Positions 9,179-19,478 are shown, counted from the stretch's first letter. The stretch: 64,000 nucleotides of DNA from Dehalococcoidia bacterium (GCA_965222125.1 CBDCTC010000001.1:16731-80730); one strand, 5' to 3'. Numbers and translations are program-made. Notes: generated by a model from the sequence alone, not told the origin.

Positions 9179-9965
9179 CCGCCGAGAGGGCGTCTCTGAG
9201 GTCGCCGACGTATCGCAAAAATCGGTTGGAGCGCTCCAGCATCGCGTCGCGTGGACGGGGCAGGTCTATCGTGATCCACTCGACGATGCGGCCCGGCGCC
9301 GGAGACATGACCGCCACCACGTCCGAGGTCATCACCGCCTCGGGTATGCTGTGCGTTACGAGCACGGCGGTCTTGTTGGAGCCCTCCCATAGGCGGAGGA
9401 TCTCGTAGCGCATCTCGGTCCGCGTCATCTCGTCCAAGGAGCCGAGCGGCTCGTCCAGGAGCAGGACGTCCGGGTCCATGACGATGGCCCGCGCGAGCGC
9501 GACGCGCTGACGCATGCCGCCCGAGAGCTGATGAGGGTAGTAGCCTCCGAAATCGGCCAGGCCGACGGCTTCGACGGTCCTGTCGACCAGCTCGGCCACG
9601 CGCTGACCGGCGGCCCGATTGAGCTGCAGCGGCAGCGACACGTTCTGAGCGACGGTCCTCCAGGGAAGCAACGACGGGTCCTGGAAGACGTAGCCGAAGG
9701 TCTTGGACTTCTGGGCGGCCGCCGGACTCATCCGGTCCACCTGGACGCTGCCTTCTGTCGGGTCGATGAGCCCTCCGATGATCTTGAGGAGGGTGGTCTT
9801 GCCCGCCCCGCTCGGTCCGATGATCGATACGAAAGAGCCGCGTTCAATCCGCAGGTCCAGGTCGGCCAGCGCCGTCAGCCGCTGGGAGCCCGCGGAATAG
9901 ACGTGACCGAGCCCGGCGACTACGATGTGGGGGTGCTGCGCGATGGCCAAAATGTATCCCCGCAA
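9138..9965 (-). CDS. ABC transporter ATP-binding protein (TauB/SsuB type)
   Basis: Walker A GPSGAGKTT, LSGGMRQR, Walker B LLLDEP, H-loop VTHS. Confidence 0.93.
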   Translation of the reverse strand: MRGYILAIAQHPHIVVAGLGHVYSAGSQRLTALADLDLRIERGSFVSIIGPSGAGKTTLLKIIGGLIDPTEGSVQVDRMSPAAAQKSKTFGYVFQDPSLLPWRTVAQNVSLPLQLNRAAGQRVAELVDRTVEAVGLADFGGYYPHQLSGGMRQRVALARAIVMDPDVLLLDEPLGSLDEMTRTEMRYEILRLWEGSNKTAVLVTHSIPEAVMTSDVVAVMSPAPGRIVEWITIDLPRPRDAMLERSNRFLRYVGDLRDALSAGAARGPTPLLATA

Positions 9966-10106
9966 AAGCGGCTATATCATAGCACAGCAATTCCTGGTGC
10001 CATCCCGCGCGATGACCTCGGCGACGCGGTCGCAACGACCGCGGGGTGCTGAGAAGTGTAGAGCGAAGGGCAGGCGTAGCCGGGCGGCCCGCCAGGCCGT
10101 AGGAGA

Positions 10107-10502
10107 CTACTGAGTGTTCTCCCTCGCTTCCTTGGCTACCTGCGGAGGGACCGCGCGCACGGCGATGAATATGAGGGTCGGGACGATTATCAGGTCGTCT
10201 ACGTAGCCTATGACCGGGATGAAGTCTGGAACCAGGCCCAGCGGCCAGACGACGTATCCGACGGCGGCCCAGAGGAAGACTTTGGAGCGAGTTGGCGTGC
10301 GCGCGTCCTTTGAGATCGTCCAGTAGACGCGAAGCTCCCGAGTGACCCAGGCGACGAGGAGGGCGATCCGGCCGGCGACGCGGCTGCCAGGCTGCGAGAA
10401 GGTCGTCTGTCCCGGCTTGACGGGTTGAAGGTGGGTGGTCAGATGGGCGAGGCGCGACCCCCGTCCTTTCCGCACCGTCGCGCGCTCCTTGGAAATCGCC
10501 AT
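10107..10502 (-). CDS. YkvA/DUF1232-family membrane protein
   Basis: AAVGYVVWPLGLVPDFIPVIGYVDDLIIVP signature. Confidence 0.85.
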   Translation of the reverse strand: MAISKERATVRKGRGSRLAHLTTHLQPVKPGQTTFSQPGSRVAGRIALLVAWVTRELRVYWTISKDARTPTRSKVFLWAAVGYVVWPLGLVPDFIPVIGYVDDLIIVPTLIFIAVRAVPPQVAKEARENTQ

Positions 10503-10756
10503 CTACTGCCCTCCAACAGCGTCTCATGGCCTGCCGGCTAGCGGTTGCCTGAGACAGCCATTACATTAGCGCCTCGCGGCGGAATCCCGGAAGGTGTTCT
10601 AAGGTGCTTTTCGGACAGTTACTAAACAAAGCCTAAACATTGGCCAATTGCCGGTCGCGCCGACGAGTGCGCCGCTCGCCAAGGGCCTGTTGAAGATGGC
10701 ATGTGCCCGTGAGAGAATAGCGCCGCTTCGAAACCCTCATAGGGGAGTGTCCGGAT

Positions 10757-13700
10757 ATGACGAACACCTCGGAATTGGCCGGCCGGTTGTCCTCAGTCAC
10801 GTGGAGATGTATCGGGCCGTACCGCGGCGGGAGGTCCATCGCGGTCGCGGGACACCCGACGGAGCGGGCGGTCTTCTATTTCGGGGCGTGCGTCGGAGGC
10901 GTGTGGAAGACGGACGACGGCGGCACGTACTGGGAGAACGTGTCGGACGGCTTCTTCAACACCGCGTCGGTGGGCGCTGTCGCGATAGCCGACTCCGACC
11001 CCAACGTTCTCTACGTCGGCACGGGCGAGGTCTGCATCCGCGGCAACCTGTCGCACGGAGACGGCGTGTACCGCTCGACCGACGGCGGCAAGACCTGGAG
11101 TCACCGCGGGCTCGCGGACACTCGCCACATCGGGCGCGTCCGGGTGCACCCGGACGACCCGGACCTGGTCTACGTGGCGGCTTTGGGCCACGCATTCGGT
11201 CCCAACGAGGAGCGCGGCGTCTTCAGGTCCAGGGACGGCGGCGGCTCCTGGGAGCGAGTGCTCTTCAAGAGCGAAAACGCAGGCGCCGTCGATCTGTCGA
11301 TGGACCCAAAGAACCCCCGCGTGCTGTTTGCCAGTATCTGGCAGGCGCGGCGCGAGCCGTGGGCGTTCACCAGCGGCGGTCCCGACAGCGGACTGCACCG
11401 GTCGACCGACGGCGGCGACACCTGGACCGACATCACGGAGAACGAGGGCCTGCCGGGCGGCCTGAAGGGGCGCATAGGCGTGGCCGTCTCGCCCGCGAAG
11501 GACGGCCGCGTCTGGGCCGTCGTGGAGGCCGACGACGCCGGCCTGTACCGGTCCGACGACGGCGGCGACACCTGGGAGCGCATCAGCGACGACCGAAACG
11601 TGGTCCAGCGGCCGTGGTACTACGGCCACGTCTTCGCGGACCCTCAGGATGCCGAGACCGTATGGGTGCTCAATCTGAGCGTCTGGAAGTCGGTCGACGG
11701 GGGCCGCAACTTCGAGCAGATCGGCTTCCCCCACGGCGACCATCACGACCTGTGGATCGACCCGAACGACCCGACGCGCATGATAGAGGGCAACGACGGC
11801 GGCGCCTGCGTGTCCTTCAACGCCGGGGGGTCGTGGACGACGATATACAACCAGCCGACCTCTCAGTTCTACCACCTCACGACGGACGACGAGTGGCCGT
11901 ACCGCGTGTACGGCACCCAGCAGGACAACAGCGCGATCAGCGTTCCGAGCCGGCAGCCCGACAAGGTGGGCATCCCGTGGGTCGACTGCTACACGGTCGG
12001 CTTCTCCGAGAGCGGGCACGTCGCCGTCAGGCCGGACGACCCGAACATAGTCTACTCCGGGGCAATCGGCAGCTCGCCCGGCGGCGGCGACTCGCTGATG
12101 CGCTACGACCACGGGCTGCGCCAGTCCCGGATCGTCTCCGTATGGCCCGAGCTGGTCAGCGGCCTCGGCCCCAAGGACCACCGGTACCGGTTCCAGTGGA
12201 CCTATCCCATAGTGATATCGCCGCACGACCCGGACGTCCTCTACGTCGCGGCCAACGTGCTGTTCAAGTCGACCAACGACGGCGAGAGCTGGGAGGAGAT
12301 CAGCCCGGACCTGACCCGCAACGATGAGACGAAGCTCGGACCTTCGGGCGGGCCGATCACCCTGGACACGACCTACGTCGAGCACTACGCGACCATCTTC
12401 GCCTTCACCGAGTCGCCCCACGAGCAGGGCGTGTTCTGGGCCGGATCGGACGACGGCCTGGTGCACATATCGCGGGACGGCGGGGCGAGCTGGGACGACG
12501 TTACGCCGCCCGGCCTGCCCGAGTGGACGCGGATCGACGTGATCGAGGCGTCCCCCCACGATCCCGCGACCGCGTACCTGGCGGCGACACGGTACAAGCT
12601 GGACGACAACCGCCCGTTCCTCTACAGGACGAACGACTACGGGGCCAGCTGGACCGAGATCACGGACGGCTTGCCGGACGACGACTTCACCCGCGTGATT
12701 CGCGAGGACGTAGTGCGGCGCGGCCTGCTGTACGCGGGCACCGAGCTCGGGATCTACGTTTCCCTGGACGACGGCGCGTCGTGGACGTCGCTGCGGGCCA
12801 ACATGCCAGTTGTCCCGGTGACCGACCTGGCCGTCAAGGAAGAGGAGCTTGTGGCCGCGACCAACGGCCGGTCGTTCTGGATCACCGGCGACCTGTCCCT
12901 GCTCCGAGAGCTGGCGGACGACCCCGGCGCCGGCGGCGCCCGCCTGTTCGGCCCCTCGCCGACCGTTCGTACTAACACCGCGACGGGCGACCCGAAGCCC
13001 GGCAAGAACTTCCTCGCGGGATTGACGTACTACGAGACCAAGCTCCCCAGCGGCGAGCGCGAGCGCAGGATGCTGGACGCCGGGGCCAACCCCGCCGACG
13101 GCGTGGTGGTCCACTACTGGATCGACGGCGATACCGAAGAAGAGGTCACGCTCACCTTCCTGGACTCGGCCGGAGAGGCGATTCGCAGCTTCTCCAGCAG
13201 CACCGAGGAGGGGAGCAAGGAGCCGGTGGCGCCGAAGGCAGCCGGGATGAACCGGTTCGTATGGGACACACGGTATCCGGGAGCGACGTCCGTGGAGGGC
13301 GAGGGGGCGCCGAAAGAGCCGAGCGCCGGGCCGGTCGCGCCGCCGGGCCGATATCAGGTCGCGCTCTCCGTCGGCGGCAGCTCCCAGACCCAGGCATTCG
13401 ATCTGCTGGCCGACCCTCGGACTCCGGCGACCCAGGAGGAGCTGCAGGCGCAGTTCGACCTGCTCATTCGCATTCGCGACAAGGTGTCCGCGACGCACGA
13501 GGCCGTGAATCGCTGCCGCCGCATCCTGAGCCAGGTGGACGAGTGGGTCTCGCGGGCCGCCGCGAAGCCCGGGGCCGAGGCCGTGCTGGAGCCGTCGGCC
13601 GACAAGGTCCGAGACAAGCTGGCCGCGGTCGAGGATGCGCTGTTCGATCCTTCGACGGCGGAGGGGCTGAATCGTCTGAGCAAGCCGGTCCGACTCGGCG

Positions 13701-13903
13701 TCAAGACGTCGGCAGTCGGGGACATCGCTTCGTTCGCCGACTACGGTCCTACGAAGCAGACCTACGAGGTCTTCGACATGGTGGCCGCCGGGGTCGACGA
13801 GCAGATCGAAGCCCTCGCGGCGATCGAGGACAGCGAAGTGGCGGAGTTCGCCGGTCTGGTCCAGGAGCTCGAGATACCGGCTATCCATGTCGAGACTCCC
13901 TGA
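10757..13903 (+). CDS. VPS10/BNR (Asp-box)-repeat glycosyl-hydrolase-like beta-propeller protein, no signal peptide
   Basis: WRCIGPYRGGRSIAV start and many Asp boxes (TDDGGTYW, STDGGKTW, SRDGGGSW, SDDGGDTW, SVDGGRNF, SRDGGASW, SLDDGASW). Confidence 0.85.
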   Translation: MTNTSELAGRLSSVTWRCIGPYRGGRSIAVAGHPTERAVFYFGACVGGVWKTDDGGTYWENVSDGFFNTASVGAVAIADSDPNVLYVGTGEVCIRGNLSHGDGVYRSTDGGKTWSHRGLADTRHIGRVRVHPDDPDLVYVAALGHAFGPNEERGVFRSRDGGGSWERVLFKSENAGAVDLSMDPKNPRVLFASIWQARREPWAFTSGGPDSGLHRSTDGGDTWTDITENEGLPGGLKGRIGVAVSPAKDGRVWAVVEADDAGLYRSDDGGDTWERISDDRNVVQRPWYYGHVFADPQDAETVWVLNLSVWKSVDGGRNFEQIGFPHGDHHDLWIDPNDPTRMIEGNDGGACVSFNAGGSWTTIYNQPTSQFYHLTTDDEWPYRVYGTQQDNSAISVPSRQPDKVGIPWVDCYTVGFSESGHVAVRPDDPNIVYSGAIGSSPGGGDSLMRYDHGLRQSRIVSVWPELVSGLGPKDHRYRFQWTYPIVISPHDPDVLYVAANVLFKSTNDGESWEEISPDLTRNDETKLGPSGGPITLDTTYVEHYATIFAFTESPHEQGVFWAGSDDGLVHISRDGGASWDDVTPPGLPEWTRIDVIEASPHDPATAYLAATRYKLDDNRPFLYRTNDYGASWTEITDGLPDDDFTRVIREDVVRRGLLYAGTELGIYVSLDDGASWTSLRANMPVVPVTDLAVKEEELVAATNGRSFWITGDLSLLRELADDPGAGGARLFGPSPTVRTNTATGDPKPGKNFLAGLTYYETKLPSGERERRMLDAGANPADGVVVHYWIDGDTEEEVTLTFLDSAGEAIRSFSSSTEEGSKEPVAPKAAGMNRFVWDTRYPGATSVEGEGAPKEPSAGPVAPPGRYQVALSVGGSSQTQAFDLLADPRTPATQEELQAQFDLLIRIRDKVSATHEAVNRCRRILSQVDEWVSRAAAKPGAEAVLEPSADKVRDKLAAVEDALFDPSTAEGLNRLSKPVRLGVKTSAVGDIASFADYGPTKQTYEVFDMVAAGVDEQIEALAAIEDSEVAEFAGLVQELEIPAIHVETP

Positions 13904-15108
13904 TGTTCCGCGGCCGCCAGCTCGGGCTGATCACCGGCGCCGACTTCGTGGTGCGCTGCGCGTACCAGGTCGGCAAGGCGCCCGTGCTGCCCCTGTTCGC
14001 CGCGGCCCTTGGCGCGGGCGAGGTCTTTCTGGGGCTGATCGTCTCGGTGTCGACCTTGACCGGAATGCTGCTGAAGCCGCTCTTCGGCGTCCTGTCAGAC
14101 CGGTGGGGCCGCCGCGTATGGCTGCTGGCGGGCACCGGGCTGTTCACCGGGATGCCTTTCGCCTACCACCTTGTCGAGTCGCCGGAGCATCTGCTGACCG
14201 TGCGCCTGCTGCACGGGACGGCGACTGCGATCTATGGCCCGGTGACGATCGCCTACGTCGCGGAGATGACGGCCGGCGGCAGGGCCGAGCGCATCGGCTG
14301 GTTCTCGCTGGCCCGCAACGCCGGGTACATCGTCGGACCGCTTGCCGGCGGCGCAATGCTGGTGTTCATGGACCCGGTGACGATCTTCACCGTGGTCGGC
14401 TTCGTCAGCGCGCTCGCCTTCCTGCCGGTGCTCATGTTGCCCGAGGGCGCGCGAGTGCCCGCAGCGAGGCGTACGCGGGTGCTTGCCCAAGCCCGCCTGG
14501 CGGTCGCCTCGGCGCTAAGGACGCCCTCCGTCTGGCTCGCCGGCAGCCTCGATGCACAGTTCCTGGTCGCCAAGTACGCGGTGAAGACCTTCCTGCCGCT
14601 GCAGGCGCTGTCGCTCGGCGTCAGCCCGGCCATGGTCGGCGTGGTGCTCGCCGCCCAGGAGGCCGCGAGCATGGCCTTGAGCCCGCTGGGAGGCCGTATC
14701 GGCGACCGCGTCGGGTACATGAAGTCGGTGCCCGCCGGCATGCTGGGCATGGCGGCCGCTCTGGTCCTGATGGCGCTGGCCGCGAGCGGTCCGGCCATGC
14801 TCGTCCCGGCCGTGCTCATGGGAGTCGCGCAGGCGCTTGTGTTCCCGTCGACGATGGCGCTCGTGTCCACGGAGGCCGACGGACGCCACCTCGGCGCGGG
14901 TATGGGAATGATCGGCACGTTCAAGAACGCCGCGAAGATAACCGGGCCCGTCGCCGCGGGCGTGCTGGTGCACTACATCGGCTTTGAGGGCGCGCTGCTG
15001 GCGATGGCAGGCTTCGTGCTGCTGGCGACGGCCGCGATGTGGACTCGGTTCCGCGCCAGGACCGACGGCCGGTCGCGCGGCCGCGCCCTGCCGGCGACGC
15101 CGGCGTAG
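13903..15108 (+). CDS. MFS transporter
   Basis: True start ATG 13903 overlaps the upstream TGA. Motif A GVLSDRWGRR and second copy GGRIGDRVG; about 12 TM helices. Confidence 0.88.
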   Translation: MFRGRQLGLITGADFVVRCAYQVGKAPVLPLFAAALGAGEVFLGLIVSVSTLTGMLLKPLFGVLSDRWGRRVWLLAGTGLFTGMPFAYHLVESPEHLLTVRLLHGTATAIYGPVTIAYVAEMTAGGRAERIGWFSLARNAGYIVGPLAGGAMLVFMDPVTIFTVVGFVSALAFLPVLMLPEGARVPAARRTRVLAQARLAVASALRTPSVWLAGSLDAQFLVAKYAVKTFLPLQALSLGVSPAMVGVVLAAQEAASMALSPLGGRIGDRVGYMKSVPAGMLGMAAALVLMALAASGPAMLVPAVLMGVAQALVFPSTMALVSTEADGRHLGAGMGMIGTFKNAAKITGPVAAGVLVHYIGFEGALLAMAGFVLLATAAMWTRFRARTDGRSRGRALPATPA

Positions 15109-15137
15109 GGCAAGAGGGCGGGGAGGTAATAGCCTTC

Positions 15138-15899
15138 ATGTCGGTACTGAGCAGCGAGCAGATCGAGGCGGCCGAGCGTGACGGCTACGTGCTGGTGCGC
15201 GGGATACAGACGCCTGAGCAGTGCGAGGCGTACATCCAGCGCATCCAGATGTACGCCGAAGGCGCGGTCGCGCCGCCGCCGGACATGCAGGTCCAGAGGG
15301 AGCCGAGAGTCGCCAGAGGAGAGCTGACCACCATCGGCGCCGACCTGAGGAAGATCACGCGAATCTGCCACCACGACGCGTTGTTTCGCGGGCTGGCGAC
15401 CGATCCGACCATCGTCGGCGCGATGCAGCAGCTCATGGGCCCCGACCTGAAGCTCTTCAGGGGCGACGTGTTGATGAAGCCGCCGCTGGTTGGATCGGCC
15501 AAGGGGATGCACCAGGACTCGCCCTATTGGCCCATTGAGCCGATGGCGCTGTGGTCGTGCTGGATGCCCTTCGAGACGGCCACCGAGGAGAACGGGTGCA
15601 TGACAGCCATCCCGGCCAGCCACAAGCTCGGGCCGCTTCCCCACGTCTCGGTCACCGACGACTACGTGGTGCCGCGGGAGAACTACGACGCATGCGCGGT
15701 CGTGTCGGTCCCGATGGAGCCCGGCGACGGGCTGCTGTTCCACAGTCTCCTGCTGCACGAGACCTCGGAGAACCGGTCCGAGTCGTCACGGCGGGCGATT
15801 ACGATGTCGTACATGTCGGCCGGCTACACCCACACGGGACCGGCGCCCAAGCCCGACTACCTGAGAATATCGGGCGGCGATGTCCCCGGCGGCGTGTAG
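15138..15899 (+). CDS. Phytanoyl-CoA dioxygenase (PhyH)-family Fe(II)/2-oxoglutarate oxygenase
   Basis: GMHQDSPYW (HxD), ENGCMTAIPASH, LLHETSENRSESSRR. RBS GGAGG upstream of ATG 15138. Confidence 0.88.
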   Translation: MSVLSSEQIEAAERDGYVLVRGIQTPEQCEAYIQRIQMYAEGAVAPPPDMQVQREPRVARGELTTIGADLRKITRICHHDALFRGLATDPTIVGAMQQLMGPDLKLFRGDVLMKPPLVGSAKGMHQDSPYWPIEPMALWSCWMPFETATEENGCMTAIPASHKLGPLPHVSVTDDYVVPRENYDACAVVSVPMEPGDGLLFHSLLLHETSENRSESSRRAITMSYMSAGYTHTGPAPKPDYLRISGGDVPGGV

Positions 15900-15952
15900 G
15901 CGGGCCGCACCGGAGGCCGGATGAAACCGTACGCCGCGTCAGAGGCCCGAAA

Positions 15953-17377
15953 GTGAGCGCGCAGCCGCAGGCGCCGGGAGACGGCGTCGTCTTCGCCGGT
16001 ATCAGGGAGCTTGGGGAGATGGTGCGCGGCCGGCAGCTCTCGGCCGTGGAGCTCGCTGAGACCTTCCTCGACCGCCTGGAGACGATAGGCCCCCGGTACA
16101 ACGCCGTCGTCACGGTGACCCGCGACCGCGCTCTGGAGCAGGCCCGCCGCGCCGACGCGGAGATCGCGGCCGGGAGCTACCGGGGCCCGCTGCACGGCAT
16201 ACCCTACGGGGCGAAGGACCTGCTGGCCACCTCGGGCGGCATCCCCACGACGTGGGGCGCGGAGCCGTTCCGCGATCAGCTCTTCGACTACGATGCGACC
16301 GTCGTCCGACGTCTGGAGGAGGCGGGCGCCGTGCTGGCGGCGAAGCTGTCGCTGGTGGAGCTTGCGGGCGGCATGGGCTACGAGGCGGCCGAGTCGGCCT
16401 TCAACGGCCCCGGAATCAATCCGTGGAGTTCGGACCGGTGGGCAGGCGGCTCGTCAAGCGGCTCCGGCTCGGCGGTGTGCGCGGGCCTCGTCCCGTTCGC
16501 CATCGGGTCGGAGACTTGGGGGTCCATAGTGGGCCCGGCGTCCTACTGCGGCGTCGCGGGGCTGCGCCCGACATACGGCCGCGTCAGCCGGTACGGGGCG
16601 ATGGCGCTGTCGTGGACGTTCGACAAGCTGGGCCCGCTGTGCCTGAACGCGGACGACTGCGGCCTGGTGCTGGACGCCATCGCCGGACCGGACCCGAACG
16701 ACCCGTCCACCTCCGAGCGCGAATACGGGTACGATCCGGGCCCTGTCGGTCGGCGGCTCAGGCTTGGCCTGATAGCGGATCAGGCCGGCGCGGACGACGA
16801 CGTGGAGGCCAATTTCCGTCGCGCGCTGACCAATCTGAGCGACGTGGCCGACATCGAGGAGGTCGTGCTTCCCGATCTCCCGTACGAGGCCGTGGCCTGG
16901 ACGATTTCGGACGCCGAGATGGGCAGCGCGTTCGACGAGCTTATCGAGAGCGGCGGGCTCTCCGGGCTGACCGCGCCGCAGGGCCGATACAAGCCGTATG
17001 CGCGGACCGCGATACTGGCCGTGGACTACCTCCGCGCTCTGCGGCTGCGCGCGGAGGTCGGCCGCCGAGTCGACGCGCTGCTGGCGGGCTATGACGCCAT
17101 CGCAGCACCCGCGTCACGGTCGGTGGCGGCGACGATCGCGCGGGACCCCGAGTTCGACCCGGACGAACACCAGCCGCCGGACATCGTGGGTGCCATCGGG
17201 AACGCCTGCGGACTGCCGGCCGTCGTCGTCCCCAGCGGCTTCTCGCGAGAGGGACTGCCGACCGGCATCCAGTTCGTCGGCAGGGCATACGAAGACAACA
17301 GGGTGATAGCGGTCGCACGGGCCTATCAGGAGTTCACCGACTGGCACCTGCGGCGCCCGCCGGACATCGCCCCTTAG
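15953..17377 (+). CDS. Amidase-signature-family enzyme
   Basis: GPLHGIPYGAKDL (Lys), GGSSSGSG, IGSETWGSI (Ser-cisSer-Lys triad), GLRPTYGRVS. Confidence 0.9.
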   Translation: MSAQPQAPGDGVVFAGIRELGEMVRGRQLSAVELAETFLDRLETIGPRYNAVVTVTRDRALEQARRADAEIAAGSYRGPLHGIPYGAKDLLATSGGIPTTWGAEPFRDQLFDYDATVVRRLEEAGAVLAAKLSLVELAGGMGYEAAESAFNGPGINPWSSDRWAGGSSSGSGSAVCAGLVPFAIGSETWGSIVGPASYCGVAGLRPTYGRVSRYGAMALSWTFDKLGPLCLNADDCGLVLDAIAGPDPNDPSTSEREYGYDPGPVGRRLRLGLIADQAGADDDVEANFRRALTNLSDVADIEEVVLPDLPYEAVAWTISDAEMGSAFDELIESGGLSGLTAPQGRYKPYARTAILAVDYLRALRLRAEVGRRVDALLAGYDAIAAPASRSVAATIARDPEFDPDEHQPPDIVGAIGNACGLPAVVVPSGFSREGLPTGIQFVGRAYEDNRVIAVARAYQEFTDWHLRRPPDIAP

Positions 17378-17385
17378 GGCCGCGG

Positions 17386-18102
17386 CTACCACATCTTGCT
17401 GGGCGAGGCGATCTGCTCGCCGACCAGCTCGCCGCCGGCCAGGATGTGGCCGTCTATGGCCCTCAGGAACGCCTCTTTGGTGGCGCCCGAGTCGAGCTGC
17501 AGATCGATGTCCAACGCGTACAGCCTGAAGAAGTACTGGCTGACCGAGTGGTCGTTGACCGCCGACGGAAGATAGGCTGACCGTCCCTTCATCACCCCGG
17601 CGTCGACGACGACCGGGGGCGGGCACGGGCCCGACCAGCCGATCTCGTTGTCGCTGTTGGTGCCCTGGACGGCGTTCGGCCCGACGTCCGCCGCGTCCGG
17701 CCCGTTGGGCACGGCTTCGGGCAGGGCCCTGACGTCGGGGGGAATACCCCACAGCAGCCAGTGGACCCACAACGCGCCCGGCGCCTGGTTGCTCTCGACC
17801 AGCAGCGCCAGGCTGACCGTTCCGTCTGGCAGGTCGCCCCAGGTTATCGGGACAGACACGCCCTCGTGTGTGCAGCTGTACTTTCGAGGAATGCGCCGCG
17901 TCTCGTCGAACTGCGTGCTCGTCACGGCGATGGTCAGGTCGACCTGATGCGTCAGCGCGTACTCCCCGATGGTCGGGTCCGAGCCACCGCCAGTCTCCGC
18001 CGCCGGTGCGGCGCCTCCGTCGTCGCTGGAGCATGCGGCGGTCAGCAGAACCGCGGCCACGGATGCGGCAACGAACGATCTGAGACGCGTCATCTCTGTC
18101 AT
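17386..18102 (-). CDS. YbhB/YbcL (PEBP/RKIP-like) lipoprotein, paralog 1
   Basis: Lipobox LTAAC, RIPRKYSC, SLALLV...HWLLWGIP, GWSGPCPP, YFFRLYALD. Confidence 0.85.
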   Translation of the reverse strand: MTEMTRLRSFVAASVAAVLLTAACSSDDGGAAPAAETGGGSDPTIGEYALTHQVDLTIAVTSTQFDETRRIPRKYSCTHEGVSVPITWGDLPDGTVSLALLVESNQAPGALWVHWLLWGIPPDVRALPEAVPNGPDAADVGPNAVQGTNSDNEIGWSGPCPPPVVVDAGVMKGRSAYLPSAVNDHSVSQYFFRLYALDIDLQLDSGATKEAFLRAIDGHILAGGELVGEQIASPSKMW

Positions 18103-18245
18103 GACCCCATGCAACTGGCTCAGCCGACGCTGCGGTACTCGCCAGACGGATATAGGACGCCGCGAAGGTGCGGCCGCCTCGCCGGCTTGGCGAATCGTCC
18201 AAAGATGCGGCAAAGCGGCACCAGCCTTCCGCTTCGCTGGGACCC

Positions 18246-18512
18246 TTAGCGTGACGCCCGCTCGAACAACGCCTCGCGTAGCCCGTCGAGCAGCCCTTCG
18301 AGCCGGGCTTGGCCCTTCTCCAATGACGCGATGCGAGTTTCCATCCCCTCGAGGCGGCCATCGATGCGGCCATCGAGTGCGTCGATGCGCTTTTCGATGC
18401 GCGTCTCCAATGCGCCGATGCGCCTATCAGTGCGTTGCATGGCCGTGAAGACCACGGCTGCGAGCGCAACGCCGACGGCCAAGATGCTGATGAGCTCAGG
18501 CGACATGCTCAT
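18246..18512 (-). CDS. Small membrane-anchored coiled-coil hypothetical protein
   Basis: N-terminal hydrophobic helix, then heptad-like RIGALETRIEKRIDALDGRIDGRLEGMETRIASLE. RBS AGGA. Confidence 0.65.
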   Translation of the reverse strand: MSMSPELISILAVGVALAAVVFTAMQRTDRRIGALETRIEKRIDALDGRIDGRLEGMETRIASLEKGQARLEGLLDGLREALFERASR

Positions 18513-18539
18513 ATCCTACCACGTCCCAACGCCGCCGAA

Positions 18540-19478
18540 TCAGGGGAACCGGACCTTGAACTGCGCCGGGTCCTGGCCTACATGCTGAATTGTGAATTGA
18601 GTGGCCTTGACGATCTGTCCGACGTTGCCACGAGCCTCGACGTATAGCGACCCGACCTGAGCGACAGGATGGAATTGTTTCCCGCTGGGATGAACAGGGC
18701 TGACAGCTACCCTATAGGCTCTGCTGTTGGGAGGCCGTACAGGGCAGTGGGCTGCATTGAGGTGGTTGTTTTCGACAAGCCATCGGCTAACCTCAATCAA
18801 TATCGATCTCCATGCCGAAGCCGGGACGACCGAATTGTCGGGAAGCCTGATTTCTCTCGGCGGAGCATCTCCTGATTGCGGGTCCAACTCCGATATTGGC
18901 TGCCACTCGTGTTCGTCCACACCTGGACCATTTGTCGTTCCGTTCTCAGGAAAGGATTGACCGTTCGATGGTATCGCTGGAGGTTGTCCGGCGACGACGT
19001 GGCCTGCCTCTACGGCGGGCCGCCACAGTGCCAACGCCTGCAGACACGCCTCAGCCGGCGGCTGGTCCTTCAGGTCGAACGAGACGATCCGCTTTTCGTC
19101 TATGGGCACGGGCCTGTGCGTCTCGTAGACCTCCCAGAGCTGGCCGTCGGTCACCGAGAAGTGCTTTGTGCCCTCCATCAGGCAGTAGTTGATCCCCTGG
19201 GCGAGAACCGCGTCCCGCAGTGGTGTGCCCAACTTCTTGGCCTCCACCATCATTGCTGGGCTCCCGTTGTCGAGAAGGGCGTAGTCGGCAGACACGCCGC
19301 CGGACCGGTACTCCGGGACCACCAACTCCGGATCGGTGGTATCCCAGCCCAGCTCTCGCAGCAAGGGATCGATCAAGGCGTAGCGGGTCAACGCCTCGCT
19401 CTGTCTGAGCTTGTCGCCGTGCGTGTCGATGCGCTCGCGGAGCTTATGGACGAGGGCCAGCAGGCTTTCGAGCGGCAT
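18540..19478 (-). CDS. Solitary restriction-endonuclease-like protein (HsdR N-terminal PD-(D/E)xK domain plus C-terminal domain)
   Basis: EALTRYALIDPLLRELGWD...VPEY...ADYALL...MMVEAKK...TDGQLW. No helicase or methylase adjacent. Confidence 0.75.
   Translation of the reverse strand: MPLESLLALVHKLRERIDTHGDKLRQSEALTRYALIDPLLRELGWDTTDPELVVPEYRSGGVSADYALLDNGSPAMMVEAKKLGTPLRDAVLAQGINYCLMEGTKHFSVTDGQLWEVYETHRPVPIDEKRIVSFDLKDQPPAEACLQALALWRPAVEAGHVVAGQPPAIPSNGQSFPENGTTNGPGVDEHEWQPISELDPQSGDAPPREIRLPDNSVVPASAWRSILIEVSRWLVENNHLNAAHCPVRPPNSRAYRVAVSPVHPSGKQFHPVAQVGSLYVEARGNVGQIVKATQFTIQHVGQDPAQFKVRFP

Noticed and set aside
10040-10075. GGGGTGC-TGAGA resembling a TPP riboswitch near the THI5-like ABC operon
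   Set aside because: Wrong strand for the operon and lacks the ACCTGA...AATGC..GCGTAGG core.
10648-13888. Very long alternative ORFs (10793-13888 -, 10648-12327 +, also 40-1176 +, 25835-27373 -, 38983-40227 +, 53339-54703 +)
   Set aside because: Shadow frames of real genes in high-GC DNA; Arg/Pro/Ala-rich, no family motifs.
15953-17377. gatA assignment for the amidase
   Set aside because: No gatC/gatB adjacent and context is catabolic; kept as generic amidase.
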